Source: Bacteroidales bacterium (GTDB lineage: Bacteria; Bacteroidota; Bacteroidia; Bacteroidales; UBA10428). Taken from it: a stretch of 64,000 bases of DNA. The stretch is from NCBI GenBank assembly GCA_046481675.1, contig JAWOJJ010000102.1, positions 44,094-108,093 of the forward strand, read 5' to 3'. This document shows positions 29,887-41,852 of the stretch, piece by piece (the stretch's first letter is position 1; each line of letters begins with the position of its first letter). The position numbers and the translations under genes are program-made. Under the pieces are notes generated by a model. It searched no databases. It saw only the letters and a list, made by a program, of their open reading frames with translations, and was not told the origin of the DNA.

Positions 29887-30467
29887 TTTATATACCCAAT
29901 TACAGCAAGCACAGTATAAATTAAGAACAATCCGGCACTGGGATAAAGATCTTTATAAATCATTACCGACATGGACAACAAATCTATGACAATCCAGAAT
30001 AACCATTGCTCAATTATTTTCTGCGTCAGCATCCAGGTGGCAATCATACCACCTGAAGTCATCAGCGCATCGGCAAGCGCCATATCGGAACCGGCAAAAT
30101 ACTTTAATGCAAAATACACAGGGATTGATAAAACCACTGTAACAGACACACAAATCCATAACAGTCCTGCAGATGCGTAATGAATTTTTAACAATGATTC
30201 CTTTTTCATCGCCTCTTCAGGCTTGCGTGCCCAGTTATACCAACCGTAAAAACCAATCACCACATAATATACATAAAGAGCCGAGTAGGCATATATACCT
30301 GACTTGAAAAAAACAAAAACATACAAACCTGAAGAAATGATTCCAAAAAGCCAAAGCAGAATCTTCTCCTTAATGGTGAAGAAAACATATAGTAACCCTG
30401 CCGCCACAGCCAGGGTTTCGATGTAGTTCTGCTGTAACCAGGATAATGCATTAAACAAACCCGACAT
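29850..30467 (-). CDS. pnuC: nicotinamide riboside transporter PnuC
   Basis: Membrane protein of about 205 aa and about 7 TM helices with Trp-rich motifs (GFYGWYNW, IATWMLTQK, EQWLFWIVID), next to a NadR-like kinase. Confidence 0.8.
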   Translation of the reverse strand: MSGLFNALSWLQQNYIETLAVAAGLLYVFFTIKEKILLWLFGIISSGLYVFVFFKSGIYAYSALYVYYVVIGFYGWYNWARKPEEAMKKESLLKIHYASAGLLWICVSVTVVLSIPVYFALKYFAGSDMALADALMTSGGMIATWMLTQKIIEQWLFWIVIDLLSMSVMIYKDLYPSAGLFLIYTVLAVIGYIKWKNELQKVALR

Positions 30468-30472
30468 GAAGC

Positions 30473-32080
30473 TTATTTGGTATTAAGCAGCATCGCCTCA
30501 TACTTATCCCAGTTCTTCAGAATGGTCATTGCAGTTTCAAATTTGGGATCTTTTTCGTTGCTGATATAGTAAAATTCACTGCTCGACCACAAATCGCGGG
30601 CGATATATGCTTTCAGAATGGTCTCTATCTGTTCTTTGGAAGTTGAGAAATCCTTTTCAACCACCGGCACGCCTTTTTTATCGGCATATTCCAATAATCT
30701 GCGCATGAACTCCTGATCAATCATGAAGTTGTCCCTGAAGTTTCTGACGTTTCCATACTGACTTATCAGTGCATTGCGGTTTTTATCCACAAATTCCAGG
30801 ACAAACTGATCCAGAACCCTGCGACTGATGAGTCTACGGTAATAGTTGGAATAATAACTGGTATCAATGGAAACAAAGTAATCCGGCATGATGCCGCCGC
30901 CTCCGAATACAAGCCTGGTATTTTTGAGCGTGTAATACTTCAGTGAATCGGGAAAATGAATGCTGTCTTTGTTTGAAAGCTCTCCATTGCTATACCTGTT
31001 CAATAATTCCTTGTCATAATCGTCCCTGCTCATATCATAAGGTTTCTGAATGAGCCGCCCGGTAGGTGTATAATATTTTGCAATGGTAAGTCGGATCATC
31101 GACTGGTCGGGCAACAACAAAGGCTTCTGAACAAGACCCTTGCCATAGGAACGGCGACCTACAATGATGCCGCGATCCCAGTCCTGAATGGCCCCTGCAA
31201 GTATTTCACTGGCTGAAGCAGAACCTTCATCAATCAGGAATACAACATGTCCTTTTTCAAAGTCTCCGTTCCGGGTGGCATAGTATTCTTTTTTGGGACT
31301 GTTTGTACCTTGTGTATAAAGGATCAGCTTGTTGTTGTCAAGAAATTCATCAGCCAGCTTAATGGCAACTTCCAGGTATCCGCCACCGTTTCCGGTAAGA
31401 TCAACAATCAGGTCTTTAACACGATCTTTTTTAAACCCTGAAATAATTTCCTTAAATTCATCGAGGGTGGTCATGGAAAAACGGTTGATTTTCAAATAAC
31501 CGATTTCATCGGTTACCAAATAACTGGCCTCAATGCTTTTAATCGGTATTTTATCCCTGATTATTTCAAAATCAATCAATTCCGGAATATCACGACGGAG
31601 CACTGAAACAGTTACCTTTGAACCTTTTTTGCCCCTGAGCATGCCGTAAACCTTGTCAGAATTAATTCCAACGCCGGCTATATTTGTGCCGTTAACCTTC
31701 ACAATCCTGTCACCCCGTTTGACTCCTGCTTTGTCGGAGGGACCTCCTTCAACGGGTGATATCACATAAACTGTGTCATTTAACAGGTTGAATGATACCC
31801 CGATACCCTCAAAGTTACCCTGAAGCGGTTCGTTCAGTTTGGCAACTTCGTCCTTCGTCAGATAAGATGAATGGGGATCCAGTTCTTTCAGCAACTCCGC
31901 AATAGCATGTTCAACCAGCAATTCCTCGTTAACTGAATCTACGTAGTATTTATCAATCCATTCGAGTACCTTTCCGAACTTAAACGCTTGTTCATATAAG
32001 GTTTGTGATCGGGCACCCGTTGCCATGAGTGCAAGGAAAGCAAATAAAAATAAAAATCTAAAAAAGCTTCTCATATCCAT
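30473..32080 (-). CDS. ctp: S41 family C-terminal processing peptidase
   Basis: Signal peptide, a PDZ segment (GDRIVKVNG), and the S41 core GNGGGYLEVA, IDEGSASASEI and SYGKGLVQ. Confidence 0.9.
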   Translation of the reverse strand: MDMRSFFRFLFLFAFLALMATGARSQTLYEQAFKFGKVLEWIDKYYVDSVNEELLVEHAIAELLKELDPHSSYLTKDEVAKLNEPLQGNFEGIGVSFNLLNDTVYVISPVEGGPSDKAGVKRGDRIVKVNGTNIAGVGINSDKVYGMLRGKKGSKVTVSVLRRDIPELIDFEIIRDKIPIKSIEASYLVTDEIGYLKINRFSMTTLDEFKEIISGFKKDRVKDLIVDLTGNGGGYLEVAIKLADEFLDNNKLILYTQGTNSPKKEYYATRNGDFEKGHVVFLIDEGSASASEILAGAIQDWDRGIIVGRRSYGKGLVQKPLLLPDQSMIRLTIAKYYTPTGRLIQKPYDMSRDDYDKELLNRYSNGELSNKDSIHFPDSLKYYTLKNTRLVFGGGGIMPDYFVSIDTSYYSNYYRRLISRRVLDQFVLEFVDKNRNALISQYGNVRNFRDNFMIDQEFMRRLLEYADKKGVPVVEKDFSTSKEQIETILKAYIARDLWSSSEFYYISNEKDPKFETAMTILKNWDKYEAMLLNTK

Positions 32081-32119
32081 CCCGTTAATTCATACAATTT
32101 TTCATCAGTAATCATACGA

Positions 32120-33658
32120 TTATTCCCATTCAATTGTTGCGGGTGGTTTTGAACTAATATCATAGACTACCCTGTTTACCCCTTTAACCTTATTGATGAT
32201 CCGGTTTGAAATATATCCCAGAAAATCATAAGGGAGGTGCGACCAGTCGGCAGTCATCCCATCGGTAGACGTAACAGCACGCAGTGCAACCACATTTTCA
32301 TAAGTCCGCTCATCTCCCATTACACCTACTGACTGAATGGGCAACAGTATGGCGGCAGCCTGCCATACAGAGTCGTAAAGATTATGGTCCTTTAATCCCT
32401 GGATAAAAATATCATCTACTTCCTGCAGCAATTTTACTTTTTCAGCGGTAACATCTCCCAGTATCCTAATGGCAAGTCCGGGTCCGGGAAACGGGTGCCG
32501 GTTCAGAATAATCGGGTCAATGTTGAGGGCCTTGCCCACCCGCCTGACTTCATCCTTAAAAAGGAGTTTGAGCGGCTCCACAACCTTAAGATGCATTTTT
32601 TCGGGAAGTCCGCCCACATTGTGATGCGATTTGATTGTGGCTGAAGGTCCATTAACTGATACCGATTCAATGACATCGGGATAAATGGTTCCCTGTGCCA
32701 GCCATTTCACGTCTTTTACCTGAAGTGCTTCGGTCTCGAAAACCTGGATGAAATTACGGCCGATACTTTTTCTTTTGGCTTCCGGATCGGTGAGGTTCCT
32801 GAGGTCACCCAGGAACATTGACGCAGCATCAACCCCGTGAACATTAAGACCCATATGCTGATATGAAGCAAGAACCTTCCGGTACTCATCCTTCCGGAGT
32901 AATCCATTGTCTACAAAGATGCAGGTCAGGTTACTACCAATAGCACGGTGGAGCAGTACTGCAGCTACCGAGGAATCAACTCCTCCGGAAAGGCCCAGCA
33001 CAACCCTGTCGTTCCCCAATGTATTCTTCAGATTGCTGATTGTTTCATTGATAAATGATTCGGGCGTCCAGTTCTGAGTGCACCCGCAAATGTCGACCAG
33101 AAAATTCCGCAAAATCTTCAGGCCTTCTGTTGAATGGTATACTTCAGGATGAAACTGGATACCAAAAGTATCTTCGCCCTCAACTTCAAAGGCGCCGATT
33201 GCAACATCCTTTGTATTTCCGGTAACAAAATACCCCGCCGGGAGCCTGGCAATGGTATCTCCGTGTGACATCCAAACCTGAGAACCATTTTTGACCCCGG
33301 TAAATAACCGGCTTTTTGTTCCGGAAACTTCAAGAGCAGCACGCCCGTACTCGCGGCTGTTGGAAGGCGCAACCTCTCCGCCAAAAAAATGCGCCAGGTA
33401 TTGTGCTCCATAACAGATGCCAAGAACCGGGAATTTGCCTTTCACCCCGCTGATATCAGGAACGGGAGCTTTTTCATCGCGCACAGATGAAGGGCTGCCC
33501 GACAAAATAACTCCTTTCAAACCGGGAGTCATGGCAATGGGCATGTTATAAGGTTGAATTTCACAATATACGTTGAGTTCCCTAACACGGCGTGCTATTA
33601 ACTGGGTATACTGGGAACCGAAATCCAATATGATCACTTTTTCTACTGAAACTGGCAT
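32120..33658 (-). CDS. guaA: GMP synthase (glutamine-hydrolysing)
   Basis: GATase motifs [15 protein letters not shown] and GICYGAQ, PP-loop SGGVDSS, and a C-terminal PPATIEWE. The ATG at 33658 is preferred over the TTG at 33682. Confidence 0.95.
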   Translation of the reverse strand: MPVSVEKVIILDFGSQYTQLIARRVRELNVYCEIQPYNMPIAMTPGLKGVILSGSPSSVRDEKAPVPDISGVKGKFPVLGICYGAQYLAHFFGGEVAPSNSREYGRAALEVSGTKSRLFTGVKNGSQVWMSHGDTIARLPAGYFVTGNTKDVAIGAFEVEGEDTFGIQFHPEVYHSTEGLKILRNFLVDICGCTQNWTPESFINETISNLKNTLGNDRVVLGLSGGVDSSVAAVLLHRAIGSNLTCIFVDNGLLRKDEYRKVLASYQHMGLNVHGVDAASMFLGDLRNLTDPEAKRKSIGRNFIQVFETEALQVKDVKWLAQGTIYPDVIESVSVNGPSATIKSHHNVGGLPEKMHLKVVEPLKLLFKDEVRRVGKALNIDPIILNRHPFPGPGLAIRILGDVTAEKVKLLQEVDDIFIQGLKDHNLYDSVWQAAAILLPIQSVGVMGDERTYENVVALRAVTSTDGMTADWSHLPYDFLGYISNRIINKVKGVNRVVYDISSKPPATIEWE

Positions 33659-33693
33659 GTTGTTGTTTGAATTAAATATCAAATATATGCTTT

Positions 33694-34632
33694 TTACGAT
33701 CCTGATTCAACACGTACAGGATCTATTGAAAATTTGTCACCATCTGATACAGCTTCGGTATTGGGGAATACAGCTCTTGCCTCTTTCAGAAGCGGAGCAA
33801 TGCTTTTATACCGGGTTGAAAAATGGCCTATCAGCAATTTACCAACGTTCGACTGTTTGGCCAACAGGGCTGCCTGTTCAGAAGTGGAGTGTCCGGTGAG
33901 TTTCGCCAGCTTTTTGTCTTTTGCTGAAAATGTTGCCTCAAAATACAAAAGGTCAACATCCTGCAAAACCGCTTTCAACTTTGAAAAACACAACGTATCC
34001 GTGCAAAAGGCATAAGAACGCGTCTTAAAGGGTGGCAAGGTAAGTTCTGCGTTTGGTACAACCCGGCCATCAGCTGTTAAATGATCCATCCCGGATTTGA
34101 TGTTCCTGATTTCCTTAATACCCAGCGCATATTTCTCAATAGCTTCCTTACGGATGTTAAGCATCATCTTCTTTTCCCTGAAAAGAAAGCCAACCACCGG
34201 CACACTGTGTCTTAAAGGTATAATCTCAACTGTCAGGTGCCTGTCGCTATAAATTTCCATTTGCTTCACGGCAGTGAAAGGATGGAACACGATATCAAAC
34301 GACAGTTCCATGGCAAAATGTTTCCTGAAATGTTCCAGGGTTGTCTCAAAATCGCGATGTGCATAAATATGCATATCTGCCTTTCTGCCCATCAGGTTGT
34401 ACGATGACAACAGTCCGAACAATCCGAAAACATGGTCACCATGGAGGTGGCTGATGAAAATATGGCTGATTCTTGACATGTTGATTGAGAACCTTCTGAG
34501 TTGGATTTGAGTTCCCTCACCACAGTCCAGCAAAAAAAACCGCTCACGTACATTAAGTACCTGAGCGGTAGGAAATCTTGAAGTTGTAGGGATTGCAGAA
34601 CTGCTCCCCAGCACGGTTAACTCAAAAGCCAT
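33694..34632 (-). CDS. rnz: ribonuclease Z
   Basis: Metallo-beta-lactamase motif [13 protein letters not shown]-terminus [12 protein letters not shown], at about 312 aa. Confidence 0.9.
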   Translation of the reverse strand: MAFELTVLGSSSAIPTTSRFPTAQVLNVRERFFLLDCGEGTQIQLRRFSINMSRISHIFISHLHGDHVFGLFGLLSSYNLMGRKADMHIYAHRDFETTLEHFRKHFAMELSFDIVFHPFTAVKQMEIYSDRHLTVEIIPLRHSVPVVGFLFREKKMMLNIRKEAIEKYALGIKEIRNIKSGMDHLTADGRVVPNAELTLPPFKTRSYAFCTDTLCFSKLKAVLQDVDLLYFEATFSAKDKKLAKLTGHSTSEQAALLAKQSNVGKLLIGHFSTRYKSIAPLLKEARAVFPNTEAVSDGDKFSIDPVRVESGS

Positions 34633-34646
34633 CCGGTAATATCATA

Positions 34647-34997
34647 CTAATTAGCTGATTCGGCAAAAATCTTGGTTGCTTCCTCAAGAGAATCAGCAAT
34701 ATTCAGTACAGTATCGAGCTGCGAAATAGTGATTAACCTTTCAACAGCGTCGTTTAATCCGGTAAGCACAAAAGTGCCATTGGCGTTTTTGCATAACCTG
34801 TTGGCTACCAAAATCGCACTAAGCCCCGAAGAATCACAATACCGGCACTTACTCAAGTCAAGGACAATGTTTTTTTCACCGTTACCTGACACCAGCACAA
34901 GTTCCGATTTCAGGGTCGGTGCAATGTGGGTATCAAGTTTCTCCTCTAATACCTGAATTAATGTATAATTCTGGAGCTTTTCGATTTTGAATTCCAT
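34647..34997 (-). CDS. STAS domain protein (anti-sigma-factor antagonist family)
   Basis: 116 aa with LDLSKCRYCDSSGLSAIL (DSSG motif). Confidence 0.8.
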   Translation of the reverse strand: MEFKIEKLQNYTLIQVLEEKLDTHIAPTLKSELVLVSGNGEKNIVLDLSKCRYCDSSGLSAILVANRLCKNANGTFVLTGLNDAVERLITISQLDTVLNIADSLEEATKIFAESAN

Positions 34998-35023
34998 GAT
35001 GAAAATATTAAATTATTTTTCGT

Positions 35024-36934
35024 TTAGTCGTTTTCAGCCTGGTTTTCATCCTTCTCAACAGCCTTCTTTTCCGTTTTCTTTTTACGTGATTCTTTCTTTT
35101 CCATTTCTGTTTTTATGGCAGCCAGATCGGTGATGTCGCCAAGCGTGGTTTTTTCCATGCTGGTTTTCAGTTTCTTGGTTGCTTTATGAACAGATTCAGA
35201 AGTCGATTTGTGTTCAGCATCAGATGATGCTCTCTTGGCATCCTCATGAATTCTGCTGTGTGAAACAATAATTTTCTTCGACCCCTTGGAAAACTCAATC
35301 ACCTTAAAAGGAAGCTTCTCTTCCATTTTAGCTGCTGCGCCATCTTCCTTAATCAGGTGCTTCGGGGTAACAAAACCCTCAACGCCATATGGCAATGCAA
35401 CAACTGCTCCTTTATCCGTCATTTCAACAATGGTTCCTTCATGAACCGAATCCACAGTAAACAGGGTTTCAAATACATCCCATGGATTTTCTTCAAGTTG
35501 CTTATGACCTAAGCTGAGCCTTCTGTTTTCTTTATCTATTTCAAGGACTACTACTTCGATATTCTCTCCAATGCTTGTGAATTCAGCAGGATGCTTGATT
35601 TTTCTGGTCCATGAAAGGTCAGAAATATGGATCAACCCATCCACGCCTTCTTCGATTTCAACAAAAACACCGAAGTTTGTAAAGTTACGAACTTTTGAGG
35701 TATGTCGGCTGCCCAGAGGATACTTTTCTTCAATATTTTCCCATGGATCAGTCTTAAGTTGCTTCATACCCAGCGACATCTTCCGCTCATCGCGGTCGAG
35801 TGTGAGAATAACAGCTTCAACTTCATCGCCCACTTTCAGGAATTCCTGTGCGCTGCGAAGGTGCTGCGACCATGACATTTCGGAAACATGGATCAATCCT
35901 TCTACGCCGGTTGCAATTTCAATAAAGGCGCCGTAGTCAGCCATAACAACCACTTTACCTTTAACCTGGTCTCCCACCTTCAGATTGGCGTCGAGTGAAT
36001 CCCAGGGATGGGGTGTAAGTTGTTTAAGGCCCAATGCGATGCGCTTTTTCTCATCATCAAAATCAAGAATAACCACCTGAAGCTTCTGGTCGAGCTGAAC
36101 AATTTCTTCGGGATGGTTGATTCTTCCCCATGAAAGGTCGGTGATGTGAATCAATCCGTCAACACCACCCAGGTCAATAAATACACCGTAAGATGTGATG
36201 TTCTTTACAGTTCCTTCAAGGATCTGGCCTTTCTCAAGTTTGGCAATGATTTCCTTTTTCTGCTGTTCGAGTTCAGCTTCAATAAGTGCCTTATGCGATA
36301 CAACAACGTTTTTGAATTCATGGTTTATTTTTACAACCTTGAATTCCATTGTTTTACCTACATAAATATCGTAATCCCTGATCGGTTTAACATCAATTTG
36401 CGAACCGGGAAGGAAGGCTTCTATGCCAAATACATCCACAATCATACCTCCCTTGGTACGGCACTTGATATAACCCTTGATGATTTCGTCTTTTTCCAAA
36501 GACTCATTGACTCTGTCCCATGATTTGAGGGCTCTTGCCTTCTTATGCGACAGAACCAGCTGTCCTTTTTTGTCTTCCTGGCTCTCAATGTAAACCTCTA
36601 CCTTATCGCCAATTTTCAGATCGGGATCATATCTGAATTCATTAAGACTTACAACGCCTTCGGATTTATATCCGATGTTCACTACTACTTCACGCTTGTT
36701 CATGGAAATAACGGTACCGTCAACCACCTCATTAACCTTGACGGCACTGAGGGTGTCATTGTACATTTTTTCCAGATCTGTTTTTTGTATTTCCGACTGG
36801 TAATCGCCTTCTTCATACTTTTCCCAGTCAAACTGCGGGTCCGATTCAATTAAAACTGAATTCACTGCATCTTTAACCTGCTCTTCAGCCTTTTCAACAG
36901 GCTGTTCAAGATTGTTTTCCAAATGATCAACCAT
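35024..36934 (-). CDS. rpsA: 30S ribosomal protein S1
   Basis: Six S1/OB repeats (recurrent G.V....YGAF..I..GVEGLIH.S. pattern) and a Lys/Glu-rich C-terminal tail. Confidence 0.95.
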   Translation of the reverse strand: MVDHLENNLEQPVEKAEEQVKDAVNSVLIESDPQFDWEKYEEGDYQSEIQKTDLEKMYNDTLSAVKVNEVVDGTVISMNKREVVVNIGYKSEGVVSLNEFRYDPDLKIGDKVEVYIESQEDKKGQLVLSHKKARALKSWDRVNESLEKDEIIKGYIKCRTKGGMIVDVFGIEAFLPGSQIDVKPIRDYDIYVGKTMEFKVVKINHEFKNVVVSHKALIEAELEQQKKEIIAKLEKGQILEGTVKNITSYGVFIDLGGVDGLIHITDLSWGRINHPEEIVQLDQKLQVVILDFDDEKKRIALGLKQLTPHPWDSLDANLKVGDQVKGKVVVMADYGAFIEIATGVEGLIHVSEMSWSQHLRSAQEFLKVGDEVEAVILTLDRDERKMSLGMKQLKTDPWENIEEKYPLGSRHTSKVRNFTNFGVFVEIEEGVDGLIHISDLSWTRKIKHPAEFTSIGENIEVVVLEIDKENRRLSLGHKQLEENPWDVFETLFTVDSVHEGTIVEMTDKGAVVALPYGVEGFVTPKHLIKEDGAAAKMEEKLPFKVIEFSKGSKKIIVSHSRIHEDAKRASSDAEHKSTSESVHKATKKLKTSMEKTTLGDITDLAAIKTEMEKKESRKKKTEKKAVEKDENQAEND

Positions 36935-37201
36935 TAATTAATAAATTATAAATTAGTAAATTAGACATTATGTTGTTAAAATCGAGCAGCAAAAGTATAA
37001 TTTTCCCCCGTAAAAAACTAAAGATACAAAAAAAAATAAGAAAGTGCCACCCAAATTTGTTATTGAACCACAACTGTTTTAACGGGGATTGCTCTTGAAA
37101 TTGTCGGTTAGAAAGGGGTTATTCTTTTAAATAACCATGAATTTAGCTGAGGTCATCGCAGAAAACATTATTTTAGTGGCTTAAACTTAAAAAAGACACC
37201 T

Positions 37202-38533
37202 ATGAAAACCCTGATTATCGGAACAGGTTATGTTGGGCTGGTTACCGGAGCATGTTTTGCCGAGACCGGAGTAGATGTGGTATGCGTGGACATCAACGCA
37301 GAAAAAATAGAAAATCTCAAACAGGGCATCATTCCCATTTTTGAGCCCGGCCTTGATCTGATTGTCAAAAGAAATTTCGAAAAGAACCGGCTGAACTTTT
37401 CAACAAGCATTAAGGATAATCTGAAAGAAATAGAGGCGGTGTTCATTGCCGTGGGAACGCCCCCCGGTGAAGATGGCAGTGCCGACCTGAGCCATGTAAT
37501 CAGTGCTGCCAGGGAAATTGGCAGGCACATGGATTCTTCCCTGGTTATTGTAACCAAAAGCACTGTTCCTATTGGGACATCCAGAATGGTTAAGGAGGCA
37601 GTTCAGGAAGAACTGGATGCCCGTGGCGTTAAGATCAGCTTTGATGTAGCTTCCAACCCTGAATTCCTCAAAGAAGGAGCTGCTGTTGATGACTTTTTAA
37701 AACCCGACAGGATCATTCTCGGGGTGGAATCTGAAACTGCAAAGAAAATTCTGAACAGGCTGTATCATCCTTTCCTGCTCAACGGACACCCGGTGATTTA
37801 CATGGATATTCCTTCGGCCGAAATGACAAAATATGCAGCAAACTGCATGCTTGCTACAAAAATCAGCTTCATGAACGATCTTGCCAACCTTTGCGATCTG
37901 GTAGGCGCCGACATCAGCATGGTCAGAAAAGGTATCGGAAGCGATCCCAGAATTGGCAACAAATTTATCTATGCCGGCATCGGGTATGGAGGCTCCTGCT
38001 TTCCCAAGGATGTGAAAGCCCTTATTAAAACTGCTGATGATAATGGTTATTCCCTGGAACTGATTAAGGCAGTTGAAAATGTGAACACCCGGCAGAAGAC
38101 AGTTTTGTTCAGCAAAATTTTGAACCACTTCAGAAATGATATTAAGGATAAAGTTTTCGGAGTGTGGGGACTTACATTCAAACCCAATACGGATGATATG
38201 CGCGAATCACCTGCTCTTATTCTTATTGAACAATTAATTCATGCCGGAGCAAAAGTCAGAGCCTATGATCCGGTAGCCGTAAAGGAGGCACGGAAAATTT
38301 TAGGTGACAAAATTACGTATGGCAATGACATGTATGACGTGCTCATTGACGCAAACGGATTGATACTGGCCACAGAATGGTCTGAGTTCCGTGTGCCTAA
38401 TTTCAAAGTGTTGACAAGGATCATGAAAAACAAAATCATCTTCGACGGACGCAATATTTATGATCCGGTAGACCTTGAAGAGAATGGATTTACCTATTAC
38501 GGCATTGGCAGGACACACAACAGGAATACGTGA
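37202..38533 (+). CDS. ugd: UDP-glucose 6-dehydrogenase
   Basis: Contains [16 protein letters not shown] and GGSCFPKD (catalytic Cys), at 443 aa. Confidence 0.93.
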   Translation: MKTLIIGTGYVGLVTGACFAETGVDVVCVDINAEKIENLKQGIIPIFEPGLDLIVKRNFEKNRLNFSTSIKDNLKEIEAVFIAVGTPPGEDGSADLSHVISAAREIGRHMDSSLVIVTKSTVPIGTSRMVKEAVQEELDARGVKISFDVASNPEFLKEGAAVDDFLKPDRIILGVESETAKKILNRLYHPFLLNGHPVIYMDIPSAEMTKYAANCMLATKISFMNDLANLCDLVGADISMVRKGIGSDPRIGNKFIYAGIGYGGSCFPKDVKALIKTADDNGYSLELIKAVENVNTRQKTVLFSKILNHFRNDIKDKVFGVWGLTFKPNTDDMRESPALILIEQLIHAGAKVRAYDPVAVKEARKILGDKITYGNDMYDVLIDANGLILATEWSEFRVPNFKVLTRIMKNKIIFDGRNIYDPVDLEENGFTYYGIGRTHNRNT

Positions 38534-39471
38534 AAAGGATTTTAATTACCGGAGGGGCCGGCTTCATTGGCTCACATCTTTGTGAACGACTTCTTAATGA
38601 AGGGAATGAAGTGATATGCCTGGATAACTATTTTACGGGGTATAAAAGCAATATTGTGCATTTGCTGAATCATCCGTACTTTGAACTGGTACGCCATGAT
38701 GTGATCATGCCCTATTTCTGCGAGGTAGATGAGATCTATAACCTGGCGTGTCCGGCATCACCTATTCATTACCAGTACAATCCCATCAAAACCATTAAGA
38801 CTTCTGTAATGGGAGCCATTAACATGCTCGGACTGGCAAAAAGAGTAAAGGCCAAAATATTACAGGCATCTACAAGTGAAGTGTATGGCGACCCAATGGT
38901 GCACCCGCAACCTGAAAGCTACTGGGGAAATGTAAACCCCGTTGGGCGTCGCTCCAATTACGACGAGGGAAAGCGATGTGCCGAAACCCTCTGTATGGAT
39001 TATCACTTTCAGAATAAAGTACGGGTTAAAATTGCCAGGATTTTTAACACCTACGGCCCCAGGATGAGTCAGCACGACGGAAGGGTCATGTCAAGCTTCA
39101 TTACCAGTGCGCTGGCAAACAATGACCTGGTAATTTATGGAAACGGGAATCAATCCAGAAGTTTCCAGTATGTTGACGACCTGGTTGAAGGTTTGATCCG
39201 ACTCATGGGAACCGCCGATGAATTTACAGGTCCGGTTAATATCGGTAATCCCGAAGAAATTTCGATCAACAGTCTGGCTGAAAAGATTATTTTCCTGACA
39301 CAGTCGAAATCAAAATTTGACCACCAGCCGGGAAAAGATGATGATCCCATGCAAAGAAGGCCGGATATAGCGCTGGCAATGAAATCTCTCGGCAACTGGT
39401 ATCCCGGGGTTACTTTGGATGAGGGTTTAAACATGACAATTACCTATTATAAAAATCTGCTTAAATTGTAA
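38530..39471 (+). CDS. uxs: UDP-glucuronate decarboxylase (UDP-xylose synthase)
   Basis: Contains [29 protein letters not shown], and YDEGKR (YxxxK). The GTG start overlaps the ugd stop (acGTGA). Confidence 0.88.
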   Translation: MKRILITGGAGFIGSHLCERLLNEGNEVICLDNYFTGYKSNIVHLLNHPYFELVRHDVIMPYFCEVDEIYNLACPASPIHYQYNPIKTIKTSVMGAINMLGLAKRVKAKILQASTSEVYGDPMVHPQPESYWGNVNPVGRRSNYDEGKRCAETLCMDYHFQNKVRVKIARIFNTYGPRMSQHDGRVMSSFITSALANNDLVIYGNGNQSRSFQYVDDLVEGLIRLMGTADEFTGPVNIGNPEEISINSLAEKIIFLTQSKSKFDHQPGKDDDPMQRRPDIALAMKSLGNWYPGVTLDEGLNMTITYYKNLLKL

Positions 39472-39498
39472 CTTTGCCGTTTACCATAACCTCAAATT

Positions 39499-40404
39499 AT
39501 GAAAGGAATTATTCTTGCCGGTGGCTCCGGTACCCGGCTATATCCAATTACCAAGAGCATTTCAAAACAAATCATCCCCATTTACGATAAGCCGATGATT
39601 TATTACCCGTTATCGGTTCTGATGCTGGCCGGGATCAGGGAGATCCTGATCATTTCAACGCCCAAGGACATCCATCTTTATGAAGATTTGCTTGGCAACG
39701 GTAAACAACTGGGCCTTTCACTTTCATACGCCATTCAACCTTCGCCCGACGGACTCGCCCAGGCTTTTCTGATTGGTGAGCAATTTATCGGGAATGAGCC
39801 TGTATGCATGGTATTGGGCGACAACATCTTTTACGGGCACGGATTCGGAAGCACACTGGCCAAAACCTCCATGCTACAAGACGGTGCCGTGGTTTTTGGC
39901 TATTATGTTAACGACCCCGACAGATATGGCGTGGTGGAATTTGACGAAAATGGCAGGGTGATCAGCATTGAAGAAAAGCCCCCACATCCGAAATCTAATT
40001 ATGCAATTACCGGCCTGTACTTTTACGGAAATGATGTGGTGGAAAAAGCCAAAAAGTTAAAACCCTCTGCCCGCGGTGAGCTGGAAATTACAGATCTGAA
40101 CAGGCTTTACCTGAACGAAAACAAACTTAAAGTTAAGATCCTGGGCCGGGGCATTGCATGGCTGGATACAGGCACACATGAAACACTGCTGCAGGCTTCG
40201 GTATACATCCAGACAATAGAAGAAAGACAAGGGCTGAAGGTTTCATGTATCGAAGAAATTGCATTTAAAAAAGGATACATCAATTCTGATCAACTGTTGG
40301 CCCTGGCATCGCCACTTAGCAAAAATCAGTATGGAAAATACCTTCTTAAAATAGCATCAGAGAAAACCTATAACTTTGAAATTGAAGACAACGAATGGAA
40401 CTGA
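39499..40404 (+). CDS. rfbA: glucose-1-phosphate thymidylyltransferase
   Basis: Contains [28 protein letters not shown] and LGDNIFYG. Confidence 0.95.
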   Translation: MKGIILAGGSGTRLYPITKSISKQIIPIYDKPMIYYPLSVLMLAGIREILIISTPKDIHLYEDLLGNGKQLGLSLSYAIQPSPDGLAQAFLIGEQFIGNEPVCMVLGDNIFYGHGFGSTLAKTSMLQDGAVVFGYYVNDPDRYGVVEFDENGRVISIEEKPPHPKSNYAITGLYFYGNDVVEKAKKLKPSARGELEITDLNRLYLNENKLKVKILGRGIAWLDTGTHETLLQASVYIQTIEERQGLKVSCIEEIAFKKGYINSDQLLALASPLSKNQYGKYLLKIASEKTYNFEIEDNEWN

Positions 40405-40949
40405 TCAATACGGGATTTCAGGATTTGATATTACTTAAACCAACTGTTTTCGAAGACAGCCGGGGATATTTTTATGAAAGTTACAACAAGTCGGCTTTTA
40501 AAAAAGCAGGTATCAATTGTAATTTTGTGCAGGATAACCAGTCATCTTCAACCAGGGGAGTTATACGCGGGTTGCATTACCAGTTGATGCCATTTGCCCA
40601 GTCTAAACTAATACGTGTTTTAAACGGAGCCATTTTCGATGTAGCAGTAGATTTGAGAACCGGGGCCGAAACGTACGGCAAATGGTACGGCATCGAATTA
40701 TCCTCGGAGAACAGTTTACAGTTGTTCGTACCACAGGGATTTGCCCATGGTTTCTCTGTTTTATCGGAAACAGCGGTTGTTCTTTACAAAACCGATGATT
40801 TTTACAAGAAAGAAGCAGAAAGAGGTATCCGCTTCGATGATCCTGTGCTGAAAATAGATTGGAAGCTGGACCCGGCCGGGATAATCGTTTCGGAAAAGGA
40901 CCGAATTTTACCCCTGTTCAAGGAAGCTGAAACCAACTTTATTCTTTAA
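40395..40949 (+). CDS. rfbC: dTDP-4-dehydrorhamnose 3,5-epimerase
   Basis: Contains [15 protein letters not shown] and GFAHGF. It overlaps rfbA by 10 nt. Confidence 0.93.
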   Translation: MELINTGFQDLILLKPTVFEDSRGYFYESYNKSAFKKAGINCNFVQDNQSSSTRGVIRGLHYQLMPFAQSKLIRVLNGAIFDVAVDLRTGAETYGKWYGIELSSENSLQLFVPQGFAHGFSVLSETAVVLYKTDDFYKKEAERGIRFDDPVLKIDWKLDPAGIIVSEKDRILPLFKEAETNFIL

Positions 40950-40953
40950 AGGC

Positions 40954-41823
40954 ATGATAAAGATTCTGATAACCGGTTCAAATGGCCAGCTTGGCTCTGC
41001 AATCCGTGATCTGGCTGCTGATTATCCGCACTTCAGTTTCACGGGAATTGACATTCACGAACTTGACCTAACCAATGAAACCCATGTCAGGCAGTACCTG
41101 CAACAACATGCTTTCTCATACATAATCAATTGCGCTGCCTACACCGCGGTTGATCTGGCTGAAAGCCAACCCGACAAGGCCCATGAGGTGAATTCCGGAA
41201 TTCCGCAATTACTGGGTAAAATATGCAGTGAAAACGATACCCGGCTCGTTCATATTTCAACTGATTATGTGTACAATGGAAAGCAATGGACTCCCCATGC
41301 CGAGGATGAGCCCCTGGCACCGGTATCTGTTTATGCAAAAAGCAAAGCGGGAGGAGAAACGGCTTTAAAGAACAACCCTTTGGCGTTGATCATAAGAACT
41401 TCATGGCTTTATTACAAAACCGGCAATAACTTCCTGCGAACCATGCTCCGGCTTTCCCACGAAAAGAAGGAAATAGGCGTAGTTACAGATCAAACCGGAA
41501 CACCAACTTATGCTGCTGACCTGGCAGATGCTGTTTTAAAAATCATTGACTTTTCTGAAAAAAGCGGGTTCATTCCGGGTATTTATAATTATTCCAATGA
41601 GGGCGTTTGCAGCTGGTATGACTTTGCCGTAGAGATTATGCAACATACAGGAAGCAATTGCCGGGTAAGCCCCATCAGAACGGCGGAATATCCCCTGCCG
41701 GCTTACCGTCCGGAATACAGCGTATTGGATAAGAAGAAAATTAAAACTGTTTTCGGACTTACAATACCCTATTGGAGAAACAGCATGCAAAAGGCCATGC
41801 AGGAAATTGCATTGAGTAAGTAA
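40954..41823 (+). CDS. rfbD: dTDP-4-dehydrorhamnose reductase
   Basis: Contains ILITGSNGQLG, ISTDYVYNG and YAKSK, at 289 aa. Confidence 0.9.
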   Translation: MIKILITGSNGQLGSAIRDLAADYPHFSFTGIDIHELDLTNETHVRQYLQQHAFSYIINCAAYTAVDLAESQPDKAHEVNSGIPQLLGKICSENDTRLVHISTDYVYNGKQWTPHAEDEPLAPVSVYAKSKAGGETALKNNPLALIIRTSWLYYKTGNNFLRTMLRLSHEKKEIGVVTDQTGTPTYAADLADAVLKIIDFSEKSGFIPGIYNYSNEGVCSWYDFAVEIMQHTGSNCRVSPIRTAEYPLPAYRPEYSVLDKKKIKTVFGLTIPYWRNSMQKAMQEIALSK

Positions 41824-41852
41824 TTTTGGATTGTACTTAAATATTCAGGAAT

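Noticed and set aside
38530-39471. SDR gene as the missing RfbB (dTDP-glucose 4,6-dehydratase)
   Set aside because: The motifs ([24 protein letters not shown], and a size of 313 aa directly after ugd) fit UDP-glucuronate decarboxylase, not RfbB.
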